DNA of 64,000 nt from an uncultured Candidatus Saccharibacteria bacterium (GTDB lineage Bacteria > Patescibacteriota > Saccharimonadia > Saccharimonadales > JALRHH01). Location of the stretch: assembly GCA_964474995.1 (NCBI GenBank), contig CAYYUY010000005.1:7816-71815 (forward strand). The letters run 5' to 3'. Of the stretch, positions 49,626 through 61,114 are shown one piece after another. A program made the position numbers and the translations under genes. Numbering within the stretch: the stretch's first letter is position 1; every line of letters begins with the position of its first letter. The notes under the pieces are model-generated. The model had not been told where the DNA came from. It did no database searches and was given only the letters and a program-made list of their open reading frames with translations.

Positions 49626-50240
49626 TTACTTTTCGCAGGCGATACCATCTCCGTCGCGATCGAGCTTGCTCTGGTATGACTTGTCTGAACGCTTGATGTT
49701 GAAGACACCGGCATCGAAGGCTTCGGTACAGTTGTCAAATGTGCGACCATTCGTGGCGTTACTCGTTGTTTGGTTAGCAACCTTTTGCTTGGCTTCATCG
49801 CTTGGGATTGCTTCTGGCTTAGTAGTAGCAGAACTTTTTTCACCATCAGCAATCGTTTGAATCGGTGAGTACTTGCCATTGGCATCAAGTTGCGGCTTGT
49901 TGGTAGCCACAAACCCGAAACCAGCGGCCCACACGAAGAACAGGGCAATCAGTGCCTTGGCATAGGGGCTCTTTTTGAAACCTTCTGGGTCATGAATATA
50001 CCAAATGATGATTGCGACAGCTGGAATAATCGGCAGTAGCACAATCCACAGAATCCAGCCGACAAGGATGCGACGGCTTACCGTCCAGTTCTGGTAGCTG
50101 TTTTTGGTGAGCGGGAAGCGTGCAAGAATCCACGTTGCACTGCGCAAAAAGAACCCTGGGTGAGCATTCTCGGCACGTTGTGCTGCAATCTTGTCGTCTT
50201 CGGTCTTTGTTTTCTTGGTCTCTACGGTCTGGTCTGCCAT
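49626..50240 (-). CDS. membrane protein with C-terminal Excalibur (extracellular calcium-binding) domain
   Basis: C-terminal DNCTEAFDAGVFNIKRSDKSYQSKLDRDGDGIACE motif; two TM helices. ATG at 50240 is preceded by GGAGGA. Confidence 0.65.
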   Translation of the reverse strand: MADQTVETKKTKTEDDKIAAQRAENAHPGFFLRSATWILARFPLTKNSYQNWTVSRRILVGWILWIVLLPIIPAVAIIIWYIHDPEGFKKSPYAKALIALFFVWAAGFGFVATNKPQLDANGKYSPIQTIADGEKSSATTKPEAIPSDEAKQKVANQTTSNATNGRTFDNCTEAFDAGVFNIKRSDKSYQSKLDRDGDGIACEK

Positions 50241-50375
50241 GTCATATTCCTCCAAATTTATGCCTGTATTATATTCCTACTACCGAAGTATTTAAACACA
50301 ACTTCTGGCACAAAATAATTATGAAGTAAGTGTACTTGTCATAATTCCTTTTAGTTGCTAAACTATTAAGTAACT

Positions 50376-50819
50376 ATGAGTAACACACGTCTTACTGCGC
50401 TACGCGCTGTCCTCGATAGCCTCGGTGGTTTCAAAAACCAGCTTTTCATTGGCTACGAATCAATCCGAAACGAGTTTGGGCTGACGCCACCACACGTCAA
50501 GATACTGATTGAGACCAATGCAAATAGCGAAGGTATAAGCCTCCGTGAAATTGCTGATAAGTTTCACGTCACACCGGGTGCTGTCACACAGTTTGTTGAT
50601 AAGTTAGTCGAGCATCATCTGATTACCAGATACGAAGATCCAACTGATCGACGCATTACACGAATCAGGGTAGCCGACGGTGCATCTCCGCAGGTAACAG
50701 CCATCATTGCGGCACACCGCAGAGTACTCGAAACAATGTTTGATAGTTTGTCCGATAGTGAACTCAATGAGCTTAGTCGATTATTACAAAAAACCAGTAC
50801 AAAAGAGGAAGAACAGTAA
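50376..50819 (+). CDS. MarR-family transcriptional regulator
   Basis: [46 protein letters not shown] winged helix; 3 nt upstream of the MFS exporter (operon). Confidence 0.8.
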   Translation: MSNTRLTALRAVLDSLGGFKNQLFIGYESIRNEFGLTPPHVKILIETNANSEGISLREIADKFHVTPGAVTQFVDKLVEHHLITRYEDPTDRRITRIRVADGASPQVTAIIAAHRRVLETMFDSLSDSELNELSRLLQKTSTKEEEQ

Positions 50820-50821
50820 CC

Positions 50822-52390
50822 ATGGTAGAGAAATTAAAGAAAAAACTTGCTGGATCAAAAGGCGTACAGGTAGAACACGGTCGCCAGCTCGAACATGCAG
50901 AAATTATGGTAATCATGGCAGCGCTGATGTTGGCCATGCTCCTTGCTGCACTTGATCAGACGATTGTCTCAACCGCACTCCCCAAAATTGCCAGTGACTT
51001 GCACGGTCTCGACAAGCTATCATGGGTCGCGACCGCATACCTCATCACCAGTGCCGTGGTGACACCTATATATGGAAAACTTGGTGACTTATTTGGTCGC
51101 AAAAAGATCTTCCAAACAGCAATTGTCATCTTTTTGGCTGGCTCAGTACTGTGTGGCATGGCACAGAACATGGACCAACTCGTAATCTTTCGTGCTATTC
51201 AGGGCATCGGTGGCGGTGGTCTTATAGCCTTGATTCTCGCGATCATCGGTGAAATCGTACCACCACGTCAGCGTGGTAAATACCAGGGGTATTTTGGAGC
51301 AGTCTTTGGTATCTCAAGCGTGGCGGGTCCGCTGCTTGGTGGCTTATTCACGGAGCACTTGTCATGGCGCTGGGTATTCTATATCAACCTGCCACTTGGA
51401 TTTCTCGCTATGGCAGCAATCGCGACCAGACTACACCTGCCTGCTGTACGCCGCGAGCACAAGATTGATTATGCCGGAGCAACCCTTCTGACCATTTCAG
51501 TAATCAGTCTTATCTTTGGAACTGTATGGGGCGGCGTGACCTATCCATGGGCTTCATGGCAAGTAATCGGTATATTCGCAAACAGTATTTTGTTTGCGGC
51601 ACTCTTTGCGCTGCAAGAACGACGTGCAATTGAGCCAATTATTCCTCCGAAATTGTTCAAAATTCAGACATTCAACGTATCCGTGGCCTTGTCATTCCTG
51701 GCAGGTGTCGCAATGTTTGCCAGTATTCTCTATATCCCGCTGTACCAGCAACTGGTGCGCGGTAATACACCGACGGAATCGGGTCTGCTGATGCTACCGC
51801 TTGTGTTTGGTATGTTTACCATGTCATTGGTTTCAGGTCGGCTCATCACCAAAACAGGCAAGTATCGAGTCTTTCCAATTCTTGGAACAAGCTTATTGAT
51901 AGCTGGCCTGTTCCTGTTCAGCCACCTAAGCCTCACGACAAGTCACTGGTTACTGTCGCTATGGATGGTGATCATTGGCGCGGGACTCGGTAGCTTTATG
52001 CAGATCCCAACGCTGGCAGTACAGAACGCTACACCACGAAGTGATCTCGGTACCGCTACTTCAGCGGTCACATTCTTCCGTAGTATTGGCGGTGCGCTTG
52101 GTGGTGCCGTGTTTGGTACAATCCTCAACATACGCTTCAGCCACCACCTACATGCACTTGTGCCAAACGCCACGGCCGCTGCCGATCAGGGCCTCAAGGG
52201 TGGCCTATCTCAGATACAGTCACTTGCGCCTTCGATGCAGCACAATGTACTCTTGGCATTTGTACAATCATTCCAGGATATGTTCTTACTCGCTATACCA
52301 TTTGCAGCGCTTGCGCTCATAACTGCGCTATTACTACGTGAGACTCCACTTCGAACTGGTGACTTAGAAGTTGTTGCTGTCGAAGGGTAA
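50822..52390 (+). CDS. MFS transporter, DHA2 (EmrB/QacA-like 14-TM drug:H+ antiporter) family
   Basis: 14 predicted helices; motif A-like [11 protein letters not shown]; motif C region; 522 aa. Confidence 0.85.
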   Translation: MVEKLKKKLAGSKGVQVEHGRQLEHAEIMVIMAALMLAMLLAALDQTIVSTALPKIASDLHGLDKLSWVATAYLITSAVVTPIYGKLGDLFGRKKIFQTAIVIFLAGSVLCGMAQNMDQLVIFRAIQGIGGGGLIALILAIIGEIVPPRQRGKYQGYFGAVFGISSVAGPLLGGLFTEHLSWRWVFYINLPLGFLAMAAIATRLHLPAVRREHKIDYAGATLLTISVISLIFGTVWGGVTYPWASWQVIGIFANSILFAALFALQERRAIEPIIPPKLFKIQTFNVSVALSFLAGVAMFASILYIPLYQQLVRGNTPTESGLLMLPLVFGMFTMSLVSGRLITKTGKYRVFPILGTSLLIAGLFLFSHLSLTTSHWLLSLWMVIIGAGLGSFMQIPTLAVQNATPRSDLGTATSAVTFFRSIGGALGGAVFGTILNIRFSHHLHALVPNATAAADQGLKGGLSQIQSLAPSMQHNVLLAFVQSFQDMFLLAIPFAALALITALLLRETPLRTGDLEVVAVEG

Positions 52391-52492
52391 GCATAACTAT
52401 AATAAACATCTGTAAGAATAGTTACAGTCCAACCTCAGTATGTAGTAGTACTATGAAGGTGCGTCAAAAGTAATGAGAAAGGCCAATTTATT

Positions 52493-52645
52493 ATGAAAAA
52501 AGCCAACGTACTCAAAAACCCAACACGCATTACAGATCTGAGTTTTGACGATCTGTACGAAGAGATCTCAAGTGACTGGGAGCTCAAAGCCGAACGCCTT
52601 CAAGCGCGAAGATGGCACGAGCTCAAACACAAACTGACTGCATGA
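52493..52645 (+). CDS. small hypothetical protein (50 aa)
   Basis: ATG preceded by GAGAAAGG at canonical spacing. A terminator hairpin (52664-52692) lies downstream. Too short for the ORF track. Confidence 0.3.
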   Translation: MKKANVLKNPTRITDLSFDDLYEEISSDWELKAERLQARRWHELKHKLTA

Positions 52646-52663
52646 AGACAATAATCAACATAT

Positions 52664-52692
52664 AAAAACCACCCTGGAAACGGGGTGGTTTT
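52664..52692 (+). terminator. rho-independent terminator
   Basis: aaaaaccacccc-tggaaac-ggggtggttttt. Confidence 0.6.
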
Positions 52693-52738
52693 TCATTGGC
52701 GGTACACCAGGGGCCATATATTCGGTACAATAGAGGCA

Positions 52739-55700
52739 ATGAATACGTATGAGGGTGAATACAAGAAGCTCAATACCGAGCAACGTCTAGCTGTCGATAC
52801 CATCGATGGGCCGCTACTAGTCATTGCCGGCCCTGGCACTGGCAAGACACAACTGCTCAGTGCCCGTGTAGCTCATATACTCCAAGTAACAGACACGCTG
52901 CCACAGAACATACTTTGTCTGACATTTACCGAAGTCGGGGCAGAGAATATGCGCGAGCGTCTAACGCGCTTTATCGGGCAAGCTGCCTACGATGTGCAGA
53001 TTGGTACCTATCATGCCTTTGGTGGCGATCTCATTCAGCGTTACCCAGAATACTTTATGGAATCCCGGCTTCAAAGCCCAATAGATCAACTCGGCCAGCA
53101 CCAGATCCTACAGGCACTCGTCGACAAGATGAGTTACCGCAACCCACTCAAGCAGGCGCAGCACCACCTCGGCGACTTGGTTAGCACTATTAGTGAAGTG
53201 AAGCGTGCACTCCTAACACCGGATGAATTACGAGCCATTGCCAAAGAAAACATGACGTTCATAAGTACTGCCAACAAGCAGCTACTCGAATTATTTGATG
53301 GGTTTGTTGGTACGAGCAGTTTCAAAAAGGCACACCCATACTTTGTCACGCTCTTACCAGCACTCGAGAAGCTTATTCCTACCAAAGCCACTAATCAACG
53401 TTTTGGGTCATTAGCCAGGGCAGCAGTTGGAGAACTCGAAGCCGCCCTCGAACTCGCTGAAGATATCAACAAAACTGGCCCGCTCACTACCTGGAAGAAC
53501 GCCTGGCTCAGCAAAAATAGCGATAATCAGTTCGTCATCGGTGGCGGACCCGAGAACGAACGTATGCTGGCAATTGCCGATGTCACCGAAAAGTACCAAG
53601 AGGCACTAGAAGCCCGTGGCCTCTATGATTTTGATGATATGATCCTCCGTAGCATTGTGGCTATGGAGGCCAACGATGATTTCAAATACACACTCCAAGA
53701 ACGGTACCAATATCTGTTGCTGGACGAGTTCCAAGACACCAATGCCGCACAGTTACGACTGATCACACTCCTGACAGACAATCCTGTGCACGAAGGTCGC
53801 CCAAATGTCATGGCCGTCGGTGACGATGACCAGGCAATCTATGCGTTCCAAGGTGCACAGTACTCAAACATGCTTGATTTTTACCAGTTGTACCGCGACG
53901 TTGCGGTGGTAAATCTCACCCAAAACTACCGTTCACATGCAGCAATACTCGAAACCGCCCACAACCTTGCGGGGCAGATCGATGCACGTTTACATACCAG
54001 CTTTGAAGGCATGACAAAGGACCTCGTAGCTGCAAATAGTTCATTGCCGAAAGAGGCTACTATTCATCGCACAGAGTTCCTGAGCGACGTGGCGCAGTAT
54101 GGCTGGGTCGCCAAGTCAATTAAACAACTCGTTGCCAGCGGTGCTAACCCAAGTGAAATTGCGGTACTGGCGCCACGCCACAAGTATCTCGAGCCACTCG
54201 TCGGCTATCTGAATGAAGCCGAGCTGCCAGTACGGTATGAAAAGCGTGAAAACATTCTCGAAACATCTATTATTCAGCAGCTGGTCACTATGTGCCGATT
54301 ACTGCGAGCACTCAACCGAGGACACACCACTGCTGCCAATGCGCTCTGGCCACAGGTACTGAGCTTTGCATTTTGGCAAATACCAATTAGCACTATCTGG
54401 CAGCTTTCCTGGGAAGCGAATGACAAGCGCACACAATGGAGCGCCCTAGCACTCGAGAACCAGGCTACCCGACCAGCTACGCTCCTGATGCTCACACTCG
54501 CTGCCCGCGCACCTATTGAGACTTGTGAGGCACTACTTGATCTATTGATTGGCACTGAGTCTGTGGCCACAAACGAGTTAGATCTGCCGGTCGTCAGGTC
54601 ACCGCTACGTGAATATTACACGAACCCAACACTGCAACAGGAAAACCCCGAGCTATTCTATGACACGCTGTCACATCTGACCGTACTGCGCCAAAAGCTC
54701 CGTGATCATCAGTATGCAGTCGATGAAATATTGCACCTCGATGACTTGATTGAGCTTGTAGAACTGTACGAAAGTGCAGGGGAACGCATGCTTAATACCA
54801 GTCCGTATAGTCAGGCAGCCCAAGCGGTGCAGCTAATGACAGTCTTCAAGTCCAAGGGGCTCGAGTTTGAACATGTATTTATCATTTGTTGCCAAGACGA
54901 TGTTTGGGGAAGTACCTCACGCGGTAGCGCCAATCGCTTAACACTACCTGCCAATCTTCGACCAATCCGTAAAAGCGGCACCACTGACGACGAGCGACTT
55001 CGTATTTTGTTCGTGGCGATGACTCGTGCCAAATTTGGCCTCTACCTGACCAGCTACCGTTACAATTTTGCGGGGAAGCTGACAAAATATCTCAAATATC
55101 TCAACGAACAAGAACAAACGGATGGCAGCCGAAAAGCCCTTGTGCTACCTGAGCCGAGTCAACTCATCAAGCTTGATGACAGCGAACGTCCCTCTATTGA
55201 GCTACTAACTATTGGCTGGCAAGACCGCCACACCGGTGGCTTACCTGATACGCAGTTACAACAGTTGCTTGAACAACGTATCGCCAACTATCAGCTCAGC
55301 CCAACACACCTTAACAGTTTTACAGACGTTATTTATGGTGGGCCCGAGAAGTTCTTTATGAACACTATCCTTCGGTTCCCGCAGGCCCCAACAATTAACG
55401 GACAATTCGGTAATGCCATCCATGAAACCCTCGAGTGGGTACAGCGACAAGTCAATGAGACCAGTACGTTACCATCGACTGCAGACGCGATTGATTACTT
55501 TGCCGTAGTCATGAAAAAGGCGAGCATGACGGCCGATCAGATCAAGCTCGAAATAGAACGCGGACAACATGCGCTGACGGCGTATCTTGCACAGCATGGT
55601 GCCAAATTCGTTACAGGGAACATCCCGGAGCACAACTTCAAAAATGAAGGCGTATTTGTCGGCCAAGCATTCCTGGGCGGCAAGATTGACCTGCTCGAAA

Positions 55701-56080
55701 TCGACAAACAGAACCGCACCATCACCGTCGTTGACTACAAAACGGGTTCGAGCTACAGCCGATGGAAGCCCGACGCCAAGCTGCACAAATACCGACAACA
55801 ACTCTATGCCTACAAGCTACTCATCGAGGGATCCAATCGATTTGAAGGCTACACCGTCACAGGTGGAAGGCTCGAATTCATCGAACCTGATTCAGATGGC
55901 AAAATACATTCTATCGACCTCATATTTGATACTGCTGAACTACAGCTCGTTACCAGGTTACTCCAGGCAATGTGGCAACGCGTCAAAGCCCTCGATCTCC
56001 CTGATATTTCAGGATATTCAAAAGACCTGAAGGGTATTCAGGCCTTTGAATCTGATTTGATTGATCAGTCGAAGAACTAG
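52739..56080 (+). CDS. UvrD/PcrA-type superfamily-1 helicase with C-terminal PD-(D/E)XK (RecB-like) nuclease domain (AddA-like)
   Basis: Walker A AGPGTGKTQLLSARVAHIL; DEFQDTN Walker B; helicase motifs VGDDDQAIYAFQGA and LTQNYRS. The C-terminal GKIDLLEIDK...VVDYKTG...QQLYAYKLL matches the RecB nuclease motif. ATG at 52739. Confidence 0.8.
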   Translation: MNTYEGEYKKLNTEQRLAVDTIDGPLLVIAGPGTGKTQLLSARVAHILQVTDTLPQNILCLTFTEVGAENMRERLTRFIGQAAYDVQIGTYHAFGGDLIQRYPEYFMESRLQSPIDQLGQHQILQALVDKMSYRNPLKQAQHHLGDLVSTISEVKRALLTPDELRAIAKENMTFISTANKQLLELFDGFVGTSSFKKAHPYFVTLLPALEKLIPTKATNQRFGSLARAAVGELEAALELAEDINKTGPLTTWKNAWLSKNSDNQFVIGGGPENERMLAIADVTEKYQEALEARGLYDFDDMILRSIVAMEANDDFKYTLQERYQYLLLDEFQDTNAAQLRLITLLTDNPVHEGRPNVMAVGDDDQAIYAFQGAQYSNMLDFYQLYRDVAVVNLTQNYRSHAAILETAHNLAGQIDARLHTSFEGMTKDLVAANSSLPKEATIHRTEFLSDVAQYGWVAKSIKQLVASGANPSEIAVLAPRHKYLEPLVGYLNEAELPVRYEKRENILETSIIQQLVTMCRLLRALNRGHTTAANALWPQVLSFAFWQIPISTIWQLSWEANDKRTQWSALALENQATRPATLLMLTLAARAPIETCEALLDLLIGTESVATNELDLPVVRSPLREYYTNPTLQQENPELFYDTLSHLTVLRQKLRDHQYAVDEILHLDDLIELVELYESAGERMLNTSPYSQAAQAVQLMTVFKSKGLEFEHVFIICCQDDVWGSTSRGSANRLTLPANLRPIRKSGTTDDERLRILFVAMTRAKFGLYLTSYRYNFAGKLTKYLKYLNEQEQTDGSRKALVLPEPSQLIKLDDSERPSIELLTIGWQDRHTGGLPDTQLQQLLEQRIANYQLSPTHLNSFTDVIYGGPEKFFMNTILRFPQAPTINGQFGNAIHETLEWVQRQVNETSTLPSTADAIDYFAVVMKKASMTADQIKLEIERGQHALTAYLAQHGAKFVTGNIPEHNFKNEGVFVGQAFLGGKIDLLEIDKQNRTITVVDYKTGSSYSRWKPDAKLHKYRQQLYAYKLLIEGSNRFEGYTVTGGRLEFIEPDSDGKIHSIDLIFDTAELQLVTRLLQAMWQRVKALDLPDISGYSKDLKGIQAFESDLIDQSKN

Positions 56081-56727
56081 CGCTTCTTTTTTGCGGTTCG
56101 CCTCTTGCCAGTTTCTGGAGCAAATAGATAGACGTAGACAGCCATACCAAGTGTTGCGCCAACGATTGGACCAGCTACGTATGAGAAGTTAAATGAGTTG
56201 AAACCGAGTGCAACGGCTGGGTTCAAAATACCAGCACTACCGAGGCTGGCAACAATGATACCCATCGTCAGTGATGCGCCGATGGCAACGGCTTTCTGGC
56301 CACCTTCAAACCCACGCTCGAGGGCGGCAATAATACCGAGGCCAAAGATTGCGGTACCAATCGCTTCGGCGACAATAACACGCCAGTCAACATTGGTCAG
56401 TACTGGTACTTGTGAATTGGTATGCTGGAACCATTCAGTGAGTCGCAGCGCTGCGAATGCACCGAGTAATTGCGCAGCAACGTAGCCGAGGGCTTCAATA
56501 GTCTTTGTTCGACGCTGCGTCCAGAGTGCAATCGTAACCGACGGGTTAAGGTGTGCACCTGATACAGCACCAAGGGTTAATACCGATATACCGACTACCA
56601 AACCAGCGACGACCGCTGGAAAGAATGCGAAGTCTGTCCGTGCCACAATGGCAAGCACTGAAGCTGTAAGTACAAATGTTCCAAAAAACTCAGCTGCTAA
56701 AGCAGCCGCTTTACGTTTGTCTGACAT
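56077..56727 (-). CDS. aquaporin / MIP-family channel
   Basis: Two NPA-type boxes (HLNPSVT and ILNPAVALG); six TM helices; 216 aa. Confidence 0.85.
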   Translation of the reverse strand: MSDKRKAAALAAEFFGTFVLTASVLAIVARTDFAFFPAVVAGLVVGISVLTLGAVSGAHLNPSVTIALWTQRRTKTIEALGYVAAQLLGAFAALRLTEWFQHTNSQVPVLTNVDWRVIVAEAIGTAIFGLGIIAALERGFEGGQKAVAIGASLTMGIIVASLGSAGILNPAVALGFNSFNFSYVAGPIVGATLGMAVYVYLFAPETGKRRTAKKKR

Positions 56728-56800
56728 GTTTCCCCCTCATACTGATGAGCATTAATTATGATCCCAGCATATGCCGTGGATACATAAATTGCAATGGAAA

Positions 56801-57586
56801 CTATGCTGCGGTGATATAAACAGGCAAGTCACCAGCGGTCAGCACAGCAGCTACGCCAAGTGTGTATACAAGTTCACCCAAAAAAGCTTGCTGCTTTTCA
56901 GCGAGATTATCATATTCACGATGAGCGAGCTCTTGCATACGCCATACATCGACACCAAATACCTGTACTTGTTCTTCGCTCAAACTACGGACAAGTTCTT
57001 GGTTAACCGTCATATCAGCAACAGTGTTGAGCACGATGTACATCTCATTGTGACCACTATTAAGTTCCTTGACGATCTTGCCGTTATCGATAATCTCTTC
57101 GGCGACGTCTTTACCTTTGTAGTCTTGGCCAGCAATCTGAGTCGCATAGGATTCAAAGTTCGAAAATACGGTGTCCAGACCAGTCATATCAAGACCAAGG
57201 CTGGCTATTGTTGCCTGAATTTCATCCTTGTATTCCACGGCTGCCTGGATTGATTCAGGAGCCTTATCGATTGCGCCGCAACCACAGTCTTTATTTTCGG
57301 TGTGATAACCGGTGTGAGCACCAAAATCAATTTGTTTATTCTTCAATGTTTCAATTGACTCGTGAAAGACAGACTGTAGTGAATCACCGGCAGCTTCGCC
57401 GAGGCCAATTTTCATTGCAGCAGTCATTGCAGCTGCACCGCCAAATACTTTTGCACGATCAAGAGACTTTTCGCGGATAATAATGCCCTCTGTTGTCTTC
57501 TGTATAATCTGACCAACACCCCGCCCATCGCCACAACCATCATCATCGATTCGATTGCCCTGTTTGTCGCGAGAGACAGCTATCAA
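56801..57586 (-). CDS. hypothetical Cys-rich protein (DGCGDG...CGCGA motifs); frame continues upstream through one TGA to an ATG at 57760
   Basis: 261-codon ORF from TTG 57586. The same frame is open upstream (KEEVGSEILTAVEAAIESSAIL) to a single TGA at 57650-57652. Beyond that TGA it continues to ATG 57758-57760 (MTDINMTVEIQKPDFEVTKVLENGLGHGSGGISYEA). Confidence 0.5.
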   Translation of the reverse strand: MIAVSRDKQGNRIDDDGCGDGRGVGQIIQKTTEGIIIREKSLDRAKVFGGAAAMTAAMKIGLGEAAGDSLQSVFHESIETLKNKQIDFGAHTGYHTENKDCGCGAIDKAPESIQAAVEYKDEIQATIASLGLDMTGLDTVFSNFESYATQIAGQDYKGKDVAEEIIDNGKIVKELNSGHNEMYIVLNTVADMTVNQELVRSLSEEQVQVFGVDVWRMQELAHREYDNLAEKQQAFLGELVYTLGVAAVLTAGDLPVYITAA

Positions 57587-57918
57587 TATAGCCGACGATT
57601 CAATTGCCGCCTCAACAGCAGTGAGTATTTCGCTACCAACTTCTTCTTTTCAAGCCTCATATGAGATCCCGCCGCTACCGTGACCCAGGCCATTTTCAAG
57701 CACTTTTGTTACTTCGAAGTCGGGTTTTTGAATTTCAACAGTCATATTAATATCAGTCATCGTTATATGTTCTTGTTCTACCATGTCGTTATGAGGCAAG
57801 AGTGCCCGCGCTTTATATTACATTTTATAAAATTACAAAGTGGAATAATACTCCTGCTTAGTTGCGATTGCAAGCGGATTTAACCGTGGTACACTACATG
57901 TAGCGGAGGACTATCATC

Positions 57919-58299
57919 ATGGCAGCACAACCCGAACGAGAATCCCTTACACACCACATTGTTTCTTTGCCGCTTGTTGAAACAACCAGCGAAAATACTA
58001 TCCTCGACGAAAAGGCCGCTTTGGCCGTTTTTTTTGACCTTGAACAGAATAAATCGACCGTTCCATTCCGTACGCTCAAACAAGTTGACCTGATTCAAGG
58101 TGAAGTTGCCCCCAAACTAGATAGAATCGCGGGCGAGGCAACATATGTCATTTCTGGACATGAATTACGAGGTTTACTTGCGCGAGCAGCTATTGCCGGC
58201 GCAGCCCAGGCAGTGTTTGATATCGGCAAGACAATGGGCGAAATCGACATTGTCCAAAAAATGTATGAAACCACGTCCGATACTGACACCGACATATAG
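57919..58299 (+). CDS. hypothetical protein (126 aa)
   Basis: ORF only; followed by a strong terminator. Confidence 0.4.
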   Translation: MAAQPERESLTHHIVSLPLVETTSENTILDEKAALAVFFDLEQNKSTVPFRTLKQVDLIQGEVAPKLDRIAGEATYVISGHELRGLLARAAIAGAAQAVFDIGKTMGEIDIVQKMYETTSDTDTDI

Positions 58300-58312
58300 C
58301 CCTGGAAATAGT

Positions 58313-58351
58313 AAAAGGAACTGCTCACTTGAGAGCAGTTCCTTTTATTTT
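58313..58351. terminator. bidirectional rho-independent terminator (also terminates the atp operon)
   Basis: Perfect 10-bp stem ggaactgctc ... gagcagttcc flanked by AAAA and TTTTATTTT. Confidence 0.6.
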
Positions 58352-58362
58352 ACATAGCATCT

Positions 58363-58785
58363 CTAGCGGTGTTTGTGGCGGCGCAAAGTTGCAACCTTAA
58401 GGCGAACAGACGAACGATCAATCATTGCCTGGGCTTTATCGAGCTCAACTTGGTTCTTGGCGTCAGCTTTTTGCTGCTTGGCGAGCTCAAGGGCCTTTTC
58501 GGCTTCAGCTTCAACAATCTCGTCAGCATTATCGGCTTCGTCTACCAAGATACGCAGACGCGTTGGGTCGATCTCGGCCACACCACCATTGGCGGCAAAG
58601 TATTCACGAGCCTCATTGAGGTCAGTCTTTTTGCGGCGAACAGCAATGATACCAGGAACAGCCAGGGTCACAAGTGACTCATGGCCTGGGTAGACTGCAA
58701 TGTCGCCAGAAGCCGTTGGCAAGATGACTTCGTAAACGTCGTCATCGAGCTTGAGCCCCTGGAGTGTAATAAGCTGCAGCTTCAT
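58363..58785 (-). CDS. atpC: F0F1 ATP synthase subunit epsilon
   Basis: MKLQLITLQGLKLDDDVYEVILPTASGDIAVYPGHESLVTL; last gene of the atp operon. Confidence 0.9.
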   Translation of the reverse strand: MKLQLITLQGLKLDDDVYEVILPTASGDIAVYPGHESLVTLAVPGIIAVRRKKTDLNEAREYFAANGGVAEIDPTRLRILVDEADNADEIVEAEAEKALELAKQQKADAKNQVELDKAQAMIDRSSVRLKVATLRRHKHR

Positions 58786-58792
58786 GGAAGTG

Positions 58793-60214
<1,422 letters not shown>

Positions 60215-60239
60215 TTACGTAATTCAATATGGGTATTCA

Positions 60240-61106
60240 TCATTTCATGGCCTCCGAGCCGCCAGAAATTTCGGCTAATTCTTGGGTAATTGCTGCCTGG
60301 CGGACCTTGTTCATCTCGAGCGTCAAATCATCGATCAAATCACCGGCATTGTCGGTTGCGTTCTTCATGGCGATCATACGCATACTCTGTTCTGAAGCCG
60401 CAGCGTCTAGCAAGCCTTGGAGTAGCTGTACTTCGATCAAACGGATTGTCATGATCTCCAAAACGTCTTCGGCTGAGGGCTCAAAAGCCGCTTGCTGAAT
60501 CTCGTGGCTAACCACTTCTTCGTCGAACCCAGCCGGTAGTAATTGTTGCTGACGAGCAATCTGGATAATGCTGTTCTTGTATTTGGTGTATACCAGATCA
60601 ACGCTGTCGACTTCTTCATCGGTAAAGAGCTTCAAAGCAGTCGTGACGATTGGGCGCAGCTCATTATCGGTCGGGTATTCAGGGAAGTTTTGGTACGAAC
60701 CAATCACTTCAATACCCTTGAGTCGAGCAGCAAACTGCGCACCCTTGCGACCGATAGTAATCGTCTTGGTCACAATACCGGCTGCCTTGTCTTGCTGGAC
60801 AAGCTGCGTGTAGTGCTTGAGCACATTGGCGTTGTAAGCACCGGCAAGACCACGGTCACTGGTCACCAGGATAACGAGGCGTGATTTGACTGCACGCTTA
60901 TCAAACAAGTGGTGATTGTTTGTATCAGGCATGGTGCGTAGCTGCGTCAACAGCTCGCGGGCAGCCTGACTAAATAGCTGCACGGCAAGTGTTGCTTCCT
61001 GAGCCTTGCGCATCTTGCTACCAGCCACCAATTGCATCGCCTTGGTAATCTGGCGAGTGCTCTTGACCGACTTGACGCGGCTTTTAAGTTGACGAGTTGA
61101 AGCCAT
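60240..61106 (-). CDS. atpG: F0F1 ATP synthase subunit gamma
   Basis: MASTRQLKSRVKSVKSTRQITKAMQLVAGSKMRKAQE N-terminus and conserved C-terminal helix. Confidence 0.9.
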   Translation of the reverse strand: MASTRQLKSRVKSVKSTRQITKAMQLVAGSKMRKAQEATLAVQLFSQAARELLTQLRTMPDTNNHHLFDKRAVKSRLVILVTSDRGLAGAYNANVLKHYTQLVQQDKAAGIVTKTITIGRKGAQFAARLKGIEVIGSYQNFPEYPTDNELRPIVTTALKLFTDEEVDSVDLVYTKYKNSIIQIARQQQLLPAGFDEEVVSHEIQQAAFEPSAEDVLEIMTIRLIEVQLLQGLLDAAASEQSMRMIAMKNATDNAGDLIDDLTLEMNKVRQAAITQELAEISGGSEAMK

Positions 61107-61114
61107 GGTTAGAT

